IMG/VR virus record: IMGVR_UViG_3300024999_000041
Location: 64,001-128,000 of that record
DNA length: 64,000 bases
From: a virus
Strand: one strand, 5' to 3'
Part shown: piece after piece, positions 18,242-27,901 of the stretch
Layout: every line of letters begins with the position of its first letter
Numbering within the stretch: the stretch's first letter is position 1
Program-made: the position numbers and the translations under genes
The notes under the pieces: generated by a model
Databases searched by the model: none
What the model was told of the DNA's origin: nothing
Seen by the model: only the letters and a program-made list of their open reading frames with translations

Positions 18242-18825
18242 GAAAAATCCCCCACTGAACTATTATAACCTACTATTTTATTGAAAACATCAAATAAATT
18301 TCTAATATTCTCTGTCTTCGACTCTATATCTTTCGAGTCGTAGTGTAATGAAAATGTTTTGCACAGAGTAGCAAATTTATAATCCCTATAAGATTCTCTA
18401 GTAGCATTCTCTATTAATGGAGCTATGTAAAGTAAGTCATACCCTCCAAACTTAATATAACTATATAGATTATACTCCGTATATAATTTTATAAAGTTAT
18501 TAAGAAATTCTAAATCGAATTTAATATTATGCCCCACGACAGTCAATTTATCTTTTCCTTTATTGGTAACTTCTTTAAGAGTAGATATGAACTTATAACA
18601 AGCTTCTTCTGGATTTCCATAACCTCTAAGAGTATCTATGTCTATTCCATTAAAATCTAAAGCTTCTTTAGCTATAGTGGAAGGAAGTCTACCTCGTCTG
18701 GGCTTAATATGAAATGTATTCTGGTCTACTATAGCATTATTGTGTTCTACTCTATAACATAATTTTATTATATCGTCATACTCTGAATTCAATCCAGTAG
18801 TAGCCGTGGATAAAAACAGATACAT
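18238..18825 (-). CDS. DnaQ/DEDD 3'-5' exonuclease-fold protein, probably inactive
   Basis: LSTATTGL in place of D-x-E-T-T-G-L; AL..NGI; VGHNIKFD..FL retained. Confidence 0.7.
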   Translation of the reverse strand: MYLFLSTATTGLNSEYDDIIKLCYRVEHNNAIVDQNTFHIKPRRGRLPSTIAKEALDFNGIDIDTLRGYGNPEEACYKFISTLKEVTNKGKDKLTVVGHNIKFDLEFLNNFIKLYTEYNLYSYIKFGGYDLLYIAPLIENATRESYRDYKFATLCKTFSLHYDSKDIESKTENIRNLFDVFNKIVGYNSSVGDFS

Positions 18826-18853
18826 CCCTTCTCCTTTATATCATTCTTAATCC

Positions 18854-18882
18854 ATTATATCACAATATTTAAGATATGTCAA
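18854..18882 (-). promoter_or_regulatory. sigma70/sigmaA-type promoter
   Basis: Perfect TTGACA-17 nt-TATAAT with TG. Confidence 0.85.
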
Positions 18883-18888
18883 TTTAAA

Positions 18889-20223
18889 TTATATAACAAC
18901 TTTAATAATAGTTTTATTATCACAAAGTTTATCGTGGCTCTTAGCATTGTACGCTTCTATCTCTTTAGTAACATCGTAACCAACTACGTCTCCGTAATTT
19001 TGTAAATCCACCTTAATTATATCCCTGTTCTTATTCTTATAGAAAATTCCTATATTCTGAGAAGCTCTTCCCGATAATTGTAATCCTCTATCGGAGTAAG
19101 CATTCTGACCACACATACTAGCCGACCTACTATAATTATCAGACACACAAGCTTCATGTAAATGTCCACTAAGCACATAGTCAATAAAAATTCCATCATA
19201 AGCATACTTCGCTACAGCCTTCTTGATTCCGTTAGCTAAATCAGATTTAAATTGATGCCCGTGAATTAACAAAACATTGTTACCTGCAACATCTATGACT
19301 TGTTCTAGTGGGTCTTCTAAATGAAAAGACACTGACGGAGAACCCATGAATCTAGCGTTAAGCATATTATATAACATCAAATCATAATTGTCAGAAGCTA
19401 TAATATCTGTCCATGCAATATCTTTAGCCATTCTAGTTTCATTACCCGTTACACCGCAAAAAGTAATTTTAAAATCTTTATTTAAGTCCAAGATAAATTG
19501 GGACAACAAACTTGTAGCAAGTAAACAAGCCTTCATTCTATTAGTAGCATTGTTTAATAACTTATCTAGGATATCGTCTTTGTTGAGTAAATCCCCCGTA
19601 GAACAGACAGCAACACTTTTAATACCGTTTAATTTAAAATAGCTAACTGCTCTATCTGCTAACAACTTTAATCTCTTAGAAGCTATATGAAAATCATATT
19701 TATTATTCTTTAAATTGATTAACTCGTTAAAATGTAAATCAGATAGTTGAATGATACCCATACAATCTGAGCTTACGTTAGTATGTTTAATTGTTTTCTC
19801 TGAAAGATTAATACTTTTCAATAACTGTATTAATTCTAAATTAGATTCCTCTAAAGCGTTAGTTAATCTATCTTCGTGTCTAAGCCCCTTACGTTCTATT
19901 CTATTAATATCTTGAAGCTTTTGAACCTTACGTCTTAATTGAATGTTAGCAATTAAAACATCCTCATCTACTTCTTTCTCTACATCCTCTTTTAATTCTT
20001 GTTGTTTCTGCTTAGACAAATCAGAAGGATATATATCTGACTTAGATAATTCTAATACTAATTTATCTCTATATTCCGAACTAAAGAACATATTAATATC
20101 ATTAGTTGTGTACTCATTAGATACTTCTCTTATTCTTTTTCTCCAGTAACTTCTTCCCCTGTATTTACCTTCTGAGATACACCCTTGATACAATAACTCA
20201 AAAAGCTTTTCAAATTTTTCCAT
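18889..20223 (-). CDS. Calcineurin-like metallophosphoesterase with N-terminal coiled coil
   Basis: SDLH, GDLL, GNE, HGH, GHLH motifs. Confidence 0.8.
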   Translation of the reverse strand: MEKFEKLFELLYQGCISEGKYRGRSYWRKRIREVSNEYTTNDINMFFSSEYRDKLVLELSKSDIYPSDLSKQKQQELKEDVEKEVDEDVLIANIQLRRKVQKLQDINRIERKGLRHEDRLTNALEESNLELIQLLKSINLSEKTIKHTNVSSDCMGIIQLSDLHFNELINLKNNKYDFHIASKRLKLLADRAVSYFKLNGIKSVAVCSTGDLLNKDDILDKLLNNATNRMKACLLATSLLSQFILDLNKDFKITFCGVTGNETRMAKDIAWTDIIASDNYDLMLYNMLNARFMGSPSVSFHLEDPLEQVIDVAGNNVLLIHGHQFKSDLANGIKKAVAKYAYDGIFIDYVLSGHLHEACVSDNYSRSASMCGQNAYSDRGLQLSGRASQNIGIFYKNKNRDIIKVDLQNYGDVVGYDVTKEIEAYNAKSHDKLCDNKTIIKVVI

Positions 20224-20267
20224 CGTCTTCCCTCTTCCGTTTTATCTATATATAATATAACTTAAGA

Positions 20268-22772
20268 TTAATTACAGCGTTTAGGAATCAGTCTTACTCT
20301 GCTGTCGTCTTCCCATTTGAAAGCAAATAGGTGTCCAAGACTGTCTCCCACCTCTATAGAACAATCTATAGGTATTGGGAAGTTAGGAGGATTGAATACC
20401 ATCAAATCTTCTATTACTTTAGCCCACTGAGTAAATCTTCTTTTGTTTATTCTATAATTACATTCATCATGTACGGATGAGACATAAGCTACCTCACTAG
20501 AGTACTTAGGATTAAGAAATATCTTATTAGCTAAGTTCACTAACAATTGCCTCATAATAGAACTTCCAGAACCTTGAATTTTATGAGAAGCTATTGTCCT
20601 AACTCCAAAGTTATAAGTTCCTCTATCATCGGAAGTTAAGTAGTGTTTAACTCTCCGAGGTCTTCCGAACATATCGGTTACTGTAAAGTTAGTTTCCTTC
20701 TCTGCCTTATTCAACTCTAGGTCTTTCCAAACTTTAAGAGTTATGTTAGCATTCCACCATTTATTATACAGCTCTTGAGATTCCTCTTCAGACATCATAA
20801 CTCCCATCTGTTCAGCTACCGCTTTCAAGACTGGAGGACTTCCTCCGTATAATAAACCAAAGTTAGCTACCTTAGCTGCTTTTCTTTTTTCTTTATCGTA
20901 ATTCTCTTCTCCGAATAATTTCTTAGCCATTTCAGTATGAACGTCCCTACCTTCTTTAAAAGGTTCTACGAAGTTAGGTTCCCCGCTAATAACACCAGCT
21001 AACTTAAGTTCTTGTGCTGAATAATCCACTGATAGGATTAACTCATCATCGTTCTTAACCCGTATAGCTTTTCTTACATTAAGGTCTGGGCTTAATCCCT
21101 CTACAAAATACTTATTAGGATTCTGAGATACATATTCCTTAACATCATCTGGCTTACCGATTAATTTAAACTCATACCCAAGAATGCCTTGGTAGTCATT
21201 ATCCAACTTGATAGCTTCGTATATAGCTGGTTTAGGCTTAGTTAAATTCTGTATATTTAAATTTATGAAATAATCATTGTCCTCGGCTTTAGACTTACCC
21301 CCCGTTCCAGAAGCTAACCTTCCAGAAGCAGTGTCGAATAATTTATAGTTAATCCTGCATATTCCTATGTTAGGGTTATCTGGAAGCGAATCACACTTAG
21401 ATAGTTTATCTATATAAGAATTTAATTGTTTCTCCAAAGAACTAAGCTCTATCAACTCTTTGACTATAGGATGCTGACCAGATACTTGCAATAAAGCATC
21501 CTTAGCAGTACTCATACAACCAGTCTCTGTTCTGACTCCCGTATCTATTCCCAAGGACATTAAGGCTGCTGGTAGCTCTTTAGTCCTAGAACGTATGTTA
21601 AAAGGGTATCCTACTGTTTGGAAGATACTCATCTCTAGTTCTTCTATTCTCTTTAATATAGTATCTTTGTACTCGTTCATAACAAGCTTATCTATGTACA
21701 AAGGATTCTCTACATAGTAATCAGCAAATGCCTTAACAAGCTTATTATCTAAGGATAATATTTTTTCGCAACCTTCCCTTTTCAAAGTTGGATAGAGAAC
21801 TTGAAATAGCCCAAAAGTATTTCCAGTATCACAAGAAGCATAAAAAGCACAAGCAGAAGGGTCTACGTCTTTTAATGTCTTGTTGGTACCTAATACTTCT
21901 TTAAATTTAGTAGCACGTCTTCCCAAGAAATGTTCCGTTGCTGGTTTTAATCCCATCATACCTTTAGCATTTGTATCTGAATTATAGGTCAATACCATAG
22001 TATCAAAAATATTTATCTTTGAAGTATCATAACCTTCCTTCTTAAGCATTGACATATCAAATGTGGCATTATGACATAAGGTTAATTTTGATTTACGTAA
22101 AGCATCATAAATTATATCTAAACAATTTTTAGGATTTAAATTCTTTTCACTTTCTTTATACTTCTTGATTTTAATTTTTTTCATAGAAGGTTCAAGAGTA
22201 TAAAAATTCTCTTTAAGAATTTTTAATGACTCTGGGAAATGTTCTTCTAAATCAAGAGGATAGATACAAGTAGCTTCTTCTATCTTCTCTTTAATTATTT
22301 CAAGATAGTCCTTATCGAGGGACTTAGCTTCCATTAAGGATTCTAAAAATATATTAGGATAGTCTATGACACTATCATCATCTGGAGAAAATCCCTCGAT
22401 ACTTTCATTAGCTTTAATTAATTTTTTAAGAATCTTATCTTGAGTAGGTTTCTTGAAATGAATTAATCCTGTATCTTCATATCTTTTTTCTTCTTTCCCT
22501 TCCTCATCCCACGAAAGGACATGTCGAATGGGAATATAATATCCCGACCAAGCATCAAAACTAAAAGAGAATCCTATCATTTCATTTCTCCTGTAGTCCA
22601 GTCCGTCCGTCTCACAGTCATAAGCCATTACTCTTCCAGTACAATCTCCTAACAAGTCTTTTAATTCTTGTTCTGACTCTATCAACTTATATTTAAATTT
22701 ATCTTCCCAATTAAAATCTAATGGTACTGGGTCAAAATAATGTCGGTAGTCTATTTTATTTGCTATGCTCAC
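20268..22772 (-). CDS. polA: DNA polymerase family A (3'-5' exonuclease plus polymerase)
   Basis: DCETDG, HNATFD, YASCD, TASGRLAS, NIQN, DYSAQEL, KVANFGLLYG (Phe at the Pol I 762 position), IQG, VHDE. Confidence 0.95.
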   Translation of the reverse strand: MSIANKIDYRHYFDPVPLDFNWEDKFKYKLIESEQELKDLLGDCTGRVMAYDCETDGLDYRRNEMIGFSFSFDAWSGYYIPIRHVLSWDEEGKEEKRYEDTGLIHFKKPTQDKILKKLIKANESIEGFSPDDDSVIDYPNIFLESLMEAKSLDKDYLEIIKEKIEEATCIYPLDLEEHFPESLKILKENFYTLEPSMKKIKIKKYKESEKNLNPKNCLDIIYDALRKSKLTLCHNATFDMSMLKKEGYDTSKINIFDTMVLTYNSDTNAKGMMGLKPATEHFLGRRATKFKEVLGTNKTLKDVDPSACAFYASCDTGNTFGLFQVLYPTLKREGCEKILSLDNKLVKAFADYYVENPLYIDKLVMNEYKDTILKRIEELEMSIFQTVGYPFNIRSRTKELPAALMSLGIDTGVRTETGCMSTAKDALLQVSGQHPIVKELIELSSLEKQLNSYIDKLSKCDSLPDNPNIGICRINYKLFDTASGRLASGTGGKSKAEDNDYFINLNIQNLTKPKPAIYEAIKLDNDYQGILGYEFKLIGKPDDVKEYVSQNPNKYFVEGLSPDLNVRKAIRVKNDDELILSVDYSAQELKLAGVISGEPNFVEPFKEGRDVHTEMAKKLFGEENYDKEKRKAAKVANFGLLYGGSPPVLKAVAEQMGVMMSEEESQELYNKWWNANITLKVWKDLELNKAEKETNFTVTDMFGRPRRVKHYLTSDDRGTYNFGVRTIASHKIQGSGSSIMRQLLVNLANKIFLNPKYSSEVAYVSSVHDECNYRINKRRFTQWAKVIEDLMVFNPPNFPIPIDCSIEVGDSLGHLFAFKWEDDSRVRLIPKRCN

Positions 22773-22784
22773 TATAAAATCTCC

Positions 22785-23228
22785 TCAATTAACTTCATCT
22801 AATCTGTAACCGTGATATAGATTGTCTAAAAAGACATCTATTCTTTCAAAGCTATCCACCCAAGTATTATTTACTTTTAATATTACTTCCTCATCCCTTA
22901 ATCCATTTTTTAACAATCCCAAGTCTTTTATAAGTTTACTGTAATCTTTTATTTCTTTATCGGAAAAATTATCTTTAAGATATTTAAATGGATTTATATT
23001 TAATTTTAATTTTAAATAATCATAAGAAGTAAAAAATCTATGTTCTCCCCAACAATGTAATCTAATTACTCCATCATCATCGAAATAAAATCTAGCAGAC
23101 TTAGACTTACTGTACCTAGGGTCTTCGTGGAAAGGACAAAAGACATTACCGTATCCAACATCAATCAAAGAATCAAAAGGAACTAATTTTTCTATAAGTA
23201 TTCTAACCTCTCTCTCATTTAGATTCAT
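22785..23228 (-). CDS. Stand-alone primase-type zinc-binding domain protein
   Basis: CPFHED...SA.FY...HCWG; lies between helicase and polymerase; no TOPRIM domain. Confidence 0.7.
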   Translation of the reverse strand: MNLNEREVRILIEKLVPFDSLIDVGYGNVFCPFHEDPRYSKSKSARFYFDDDGVIRLHCWGEHRFFTSYDYLKLKLNINPFKYLKDNFSDKEIKDYSKLIKDLGLLKNGLRDEEVILKVNNTWVDSFERIDVFLDNLYHGYRLDEVN

Positions 23229-24807
23229 CGTTGGGTTCCTTCATTAAATCATCTAATGTTATAATATCTTCTATATTTGGAAGAACCTCCTCTCCTATAA
23301 CAGTTACTCCTTCGGTATTGGCAATTTCTGAAGTAGGTACGTTATCATCCATCCCTATGTCTTCGATATCCCCCACAACAAAATCATCCGCAAGAGAATT
23401 GATATCTTGAGTTCCAGTAGATACACTATTGTTAAAGGATGGGGATAACACAGAACAGTTAGTAAAGTTACTCCCCTGAGTCCCAAACACAAAAAACTCT
23501 GGCATAATAGGAGAAGGAATAGGTTTATCTGGGGATTCAAAATCTCTGTTCTTTACTATGTGTATGTTTACTACCTTAGCATTCCTCATGGCGGTGGTAC
23601 AGTGAAAAATCATAGCAGTCATAGCAGTTCTCCCAAGAGCATTGGCTTCAGCGAAGTATGTAGAAGATGCTAGTTTAGTATTAGAAGAGGGTGTCCCACT
23701 CTTCTCTGCCTTCTCCACAATAGCTTCCAATTTATCTATAGCTTCTGTTTTCAACTGAGCTAATAGTACTATTATTAAATTATGCTTAACCGCTATCTCT
23801 TGTAAGGTATCAACATAATAATTTAAAGCTTGGTACTGGTCTAACTTTAATTTAGGAGGTATTTTGTTCTTAAACAGGTTTAAGTAGTCCACATAAACTA
23901 AGTCTAAACCCCCCATCTCGTCCCTCATCCTGAGTATAAAAGCTTCTATGTATTCCATAGAATACTCTTCTAAATCATTAACTCCTGCTATTCTTAAATC
24001 TCCTTTACAGGTTTGAAGAAAGTTATCTTTTACTTCTTTAAACTTCTCCTTGCTATCTTCTAATAGTAGAGTCTTTTTCAAGTCTACGGCTGGAATGGCT
24101 CCCTGTTTTCCGTACATTTCATAAGAGTGCCTTGATACGATATTGTATAAAACATTTCTAGGAACAACCTCTAAGGTTATGAATAATACTTTTTTACCCT
24201 CTCTATAAGAGGCGGTGTATGCTGTTGATATAGCAAATGTAGTTTTAAATGATTGAGGAGGAGCCCCAATTACATTCAGTGTCCCGTAATCCAAACCTTT
24301 TAAATAGTGGTCTACTTCAGGGATACCAATCATTACTCCCCTAGGCATAAGTTCTTGACGTTCGTATACATCAAATATATCTTCCATACCTAGAAGTTTA
24401 GGTTTAGTTACATCCACATCCTGTCTGAGTATATCTCTTACTTTGGATATATCATTCTTATCAATAGCATTTTTTACTTCACTAATTTGTTTATGTCTTA
24501 TTAATTCCTTCTTAAGTTTTATGAGAATATCTAAACTAAAAGGACAATCCTTTTTATGAACTAAAATATTATGCAAAGATATAATATAATTTATATCAGG
24601 GAATCTTTTATTATCTGTATAAAACTTTTTACAATCTTGAAGTACTTTAGAATATAATTTAATACCATCTGGACTAAACTCAAGTAATTCTATTAACTCA
24701 TCCATGGATGAGATATCAGTTATCTTATCTAAATGATTTAATACTATAATAATATAATCGCTTAGTTCTTCCGAATCCATTGGATTTACTAATTCGTTAT
24801 TAGCCAA
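23215..24807 (-). CDS. dnaB: DnaB-like replicative helicase
   Basis: GIPEVD..L.G, GAPPQSFKTT, FITLE, VYVDYL, LAQL, IVKNR. Confidence 0.88.
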   Translation of the reverse strand: MANNELVNPMDSEELSDYIIIVLNHLDKITDISSMDELIELLEFSPDGIKLYSKVLQDCKKFYTDNKRFPDINYIISLHNILVHKKDCPFSLDILIKLKKELIRHKQISEVKNAIDKNDISKVRDILRQDVDVTKPKLLGMEDIFDVYERQELMPRGVMIGIPEVDHYLKGLDYGTLNVIGAPPQSFKTTFAISTAYTASYREGKKVLFITLEVVPRNVLYNIVSRHSYEMYGKQGAIPAVDLKKTLLLEDSKEKFKEVKDNFLQTCKGDLRIAGVNDLEEYSMEYIEAFILRMRDEMGGLDLVYVDYLNLFKNKIPPKLKLDQYQALNYYVDTLQEIAVKHNLIIVLLAQLKTEAIDKLEAIVEKAEKSGTPSSNTKLASSTYFAEANALGRTAMTAMIFHCTTAMRNAKVVNIHIVKNRDFESPDKPIPSPIMPEFFVFGTQGSNFTNCSVLSPSFNNSVSTGTQDINSLADDFVVGDIEDIGMDDNVPTSEIANTEGVTVIGEEVLPNIEDIITLDDLMKEPNDESK

Positions 24808-24819
24808 AACTACTCCCCT

Positions 24820-25422
24820 TTAAAAATTTTCAGATGTCCCTATAGATTTAGTTTTAGTACTACTTAATACTTTAACAGTTTTATCTTGTAATAAATTAAC
24901 ATCTTTATATATTAAACTTCTATCTGAAGTCATATCAGAAATTTTAAGATGCTCTTTTAAATTTGGATTGGTAGTTAATATTAAATTAATATGTCTCTCA
25001 TTATCCCTAGCAGATATCACAGGAGATAAACATTGTACTATCTTATCAAAACTATATATATCCCTTGGAAAATATAACATTAAAATATCATTTTCTTTGG
25101 CATTATCATACTCATAATTTTTGGACATCATGTCATCCATTAGTTTTTTATAATGTCTAAAAGAAAATCCTTTAAAATTAGGATACCCTGTATTACCTAT
25201 ATAATAAATATTTTTATGTACGACAAAAGAAGCAACTTGCATTAGAGTATCCGTGCTATTGGACTTTATAAAATAGTTATTTCCTCTATGTATCAAACTA
25301 TCAAGAGTTTCAAACTTCTTGGGATTAGAAGTAACTTTTAAGAAATGCTTCATTAAAAACCCCATGCCCGATATATAAGCATTTCTATACTGTTCTTCCG
25401 TAATATTATTATCAAACGGCAT
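24820..25422 (-). CDS. Possible degenerate DnaC/IstB-like helicase loader
   Basis: DILML...VISARDNERHINLILTTN resembles the DnaC/IstB C-terminal motif; no Walker A/B; immediately upstream of dnaB. Confidence 0.4.
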   Translation of the reverse strand: MPFDNNITEEQYRNAYISGMGFLMKHFLKVTSNPKKFETLDSLIHRGNNYFIKSNSTDTLMQVASFVVHKNIYYIGNTGYPNFKGFSFRHYKKLMDDMMSKNYEYDNAKENDILMLYFPRDIYSFDKIVQCLSPVISARDNERHINLILTTNPNLKEHLKISDMTSDRSLIYKDVNLLQDKTVKVLSSTKTKSIGTSENF

Positions 25423-25450
25423 AGATAATATTCTCCTCCTCTTGAAATAT

Positions 25451-25479
25451 ATTATACCACAAATATATCTTTTTGTAAA
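25451..25479 (-). promoter_or_regulatory. sigma70/sigmaA-type promoter
   Basis: TTTACA-17 nt-TATAAT with TG. Confidence 0.75.
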
Positions 25480-25483
25480 GTGG

Positions 25484-26899
25484 TTACTTCTTTCTCTTGT
25501 AAATCCACAACATTTGTTCTTTAAGTTTTTTTATTAATCGAGCATTAAAAGAAGTCAATTCTGCTTTAGGAACTTCTTTGGCATTAAATACTTTTTCTGT
25601 TATTTCCCCATAAGAAGATATGAGTTCGTGTTTATATCTATCAACAGTTCCAGTTATCTTTCCTTCTACTTCTATATCTGTAAGTATAAAATGAATTTTA
25701 AAATTAGTATGTTGGCTAAATAATCTTTCTATTCTTCCCTTAGCCTGACTAAAAGCCCCAAACCCAAACGGAATATTATAAAAGAACATATTGTTTACAG
25801 ATTGAAGATTCAAACTTTGAGAACCCGCACTTGATATTAATAAAACTTTTTTAGCAGGGTCTGAGTTAAACCACTGTTTAATTTCTCTTCTTTCTTTAGT
25901 ATTAACTTTACCACTAATAACTCTATAGTCTATTCCTATCTTATCAAAAATAGAAGATAGAGTATCTATTGTTTCTCTGAAATGACAATAAGTTATAAGA
26001 CCCTCTCTAAGAATAGGTTTAATAGCCATGAGATACAGTTTAAGTTTATTCTCGTCCTTGTCCACCACTTGTTGTAAATCTATCAACCTAGTAGCATGTA
26101 TCTTAGTATCCTTCGTTTTAAATAATCCCTCAGAAGCTTCTATGTAAGAATCTATATCCTTTATCTTAATAGAATGTTCAATATACTGAGTATCTTGTTC
26201 GGGATAATATTGAAAACATACGGGAGCTATAAGCTCTCTCAAAAGTTCTAAATTTTTATATCCCGTTATTTCTGGGTACTGATGACCCGTTTGCCAATTC
26301 TTAATCATTTTAATTTCTACGAATGTATTAGTAAAAGCCGTTTTGTTTTTAAAAATACTTTTATCCAATATATGTACGATATGAAATAAGTCCATTAACG
26401 AGGTTGTTAAAGGAGTAGCAGTTAAGAAGACAAGGTATTTAAATCCCCTCCTTATTGCTATCATACTCCTAGTCAACATAGCTTTAGGAGTTTTAAGCTT
26501 ATGGGCTTCGTCCGCATAACAAGCCGTTCTAAATTTAGTTAGAAACTTAAAGAGTTTACTTAAATCTATTTTGTTAAAATTTTCATATTGAAGTAAAGCT
26601 ATCTTAGAACTACCCTTAAAAAAATCTTCTATGTCTATGTCTGTTATTAAAATATCGGGTCTATAGTTAGTCTTTCCGTTAAAATCGTCTTGAACTTCCA
26701 ACAATGCAGATTTAGTACATAGCACTAAAATCTTATCGCATAAATTATTATTTATTAAATCCATGGAAGACTTAATAATAATTACACTCTTGCCCGTTCC
26801 CGTCTTCATACTCATCAAAGAAGCAGGTCGAGATGTGGAAAAATCCACAGCCTGTACTTGATAGTCTTTTAAAACTATATCATCATTTAACTTTAACAA
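25484..26899 (-). CDS. Superfamily 2 (SNF2-like) helicase
   Basis: LKDYQ, TGTGKS, DEAH, LTATP, DLF, SLNLQ, QAKGRIER. Confidence 0.88.
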   Translation of the reverse strand: MLKLNDDIVLKDYQVQAVDFSTSRPASLMSMKTGTGKSVIIIKSSMDLINNNLCDKILVLCTKSALLEVQDDFNGKTNYRPDILITDIDIEDFFKGSSKIALLQYENFNKIDLSKLFKFLTKFRTACYADEAHKLKTPKAMLTRSMIAIRRGFKYLVFLTATPLTTSLMDLFHIVHILDKSIFKNKTAFTNTFVEIKMIKNWQTGHQYPEITGYKNLELLRELIAPVCFQYYPEQDTQYIEHSIKIKDIDSYIEASEGLFKTKDTKIHATRLIDLQQVVDKDENKLKLYLMAIKPILREGLITYCHFRETIDTLSSIFDKIGIDYRVISGKVNTKERREIKQWFNSDPAKKVLLISSAGSQSLNLQSVNNMFFYNIPFGFGAFSQAKGRIERLFSQHTNFKIHFILTDIEVEGKITGTVDRYKHELISSYGEITEKVFNAKEVPKAELTSFNARLIKKLKEQMLWIYKRKK

Positions 26900-26916
26900 T
26901 TTCTATCCCTTATATA

Positions 26917-27351
26917 TTAGTATCCATTCCCGCATTGAAACACATACAATCCAGAACTTCTAAAGCTTTGAACACATGAGCTACGGTCATCTATACAAAA
27001 TAATATTTCCCCGTACTTTTCAGGTATGTCCTTAATAAGTTTTACTTTTATATCACAATCTTCTTCAGTTGTATTATCGGGTTTAAGAATCAAGTCATCA
27101 TGATATATGCTATATTTATTTAACCATTCTTCTGTTTCTTCCCTACTCTTCTCACTTCTAGCAGAAAGAATAATTATGTTGTAGTCGCTTTTAAATCTCT
27201 CTATTATTTCAACTACTGGTTTACTAGGAACATCTGAGAAAGAAGCAGCTATATAAGCATCCCAATCTATGTCCCTTAGATAGTCCCTTTTTGAGTAATC
27301 GGCAATAGTTCCGTCAAAATCGAATACAATACATTTATTCTTCTTACTCAT
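26917..27351 (-). CDS. HAD-family polynucleotide 3'-phosphatase (T4 PseT C-terminal-like)
   Basis: FDFDGT, SAR, T..WL, D...K, IDDR. Confidence 0.85.
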   Translation of the reverse strand: MSKKNKCIVFDFDGTIADYSKRDYLRDIDWDAYIAASFSDVPSKPVVEIIERFKSDYNIIILSARSEKSREETEEWLNKYSIYHDDLILKPDNTTEEDCDIKVKLIKDIPEKYGEILFCIDDRSSCVQSFRSSGLYVFQCGNGY

Positions 27352-27901
27352 AGATTACTCCCCAATCCCCACATATTATACTCTCTACCTGTTTATGCAA
27401 ATCTTCTATAGAACCATCGTTCATTAGTATATAATCAAAGGAATAATCATCCAACTTACCTTCAGATATACTTTCTACTAAAGGTACTCTAGGATTAATA
27501 ACTCTTATGAGTTTAAATCCTTTTTCTCTTAAATGTTCTGCCTCGTTGAAAAGTCTTACATCCTCGCACACATATCTTAAGTTAGGGTCTAAATTCCCGA
27601 GGGCTATCTTAATCCACATATCGTCATTAATCATTCCTCTTCCCCACTTGCTACCCAAAGTAACAAGTAAGAATCTGGGGGTAACTCCTAGCTCTGGTAT
27701 GATAACCTCTTTTAAATTACCATAAAGCATATCATAAATTTTAATTTTATCGTAACCTAGTCCTTTTAATATTATTTCAATCATATCTTTCATGGGCTCT
27801 GCAAACGTAAGCATATTATATTTATATTCTTTTACAAAATATTTAGCCGTTTCTGATTTTCCCATCCTCATCGCAGAAGAATATATACCCACATTAAACA
27901 T
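27344..27901 (-). CDS. Deoxynucleoside monophosphate kinase (start revised to 27901)
   Basis: MGKS, FAEPMK, TPR..L..LG..WGR, EDVR..NEA, SEG.LD, NDGS. Confidence 0.85.
   Translation of the reverse strand: MFNVGIYSSAMRMGKSETAKYFVKEYKYNMLTFAEPMKDMIEIILKGLGYDKIKIYDMLYGNLKEVIIPELGVTPRFLLVTLGSKWGRGMINDDMWIKIALGNLDPNLRYVCEDVRLFNEAEHLREKGFKLIRVINPRVPLVESISEGKLDDYSFDYILMNDGSIEDLHKQVESIICGDWGVIYE

Noticed and set aside
22150-22520. Intein in the DNA polymerase
   Set aside because: No Cys/Ser start, no His-Asn end and no LAGLIDADG motifs
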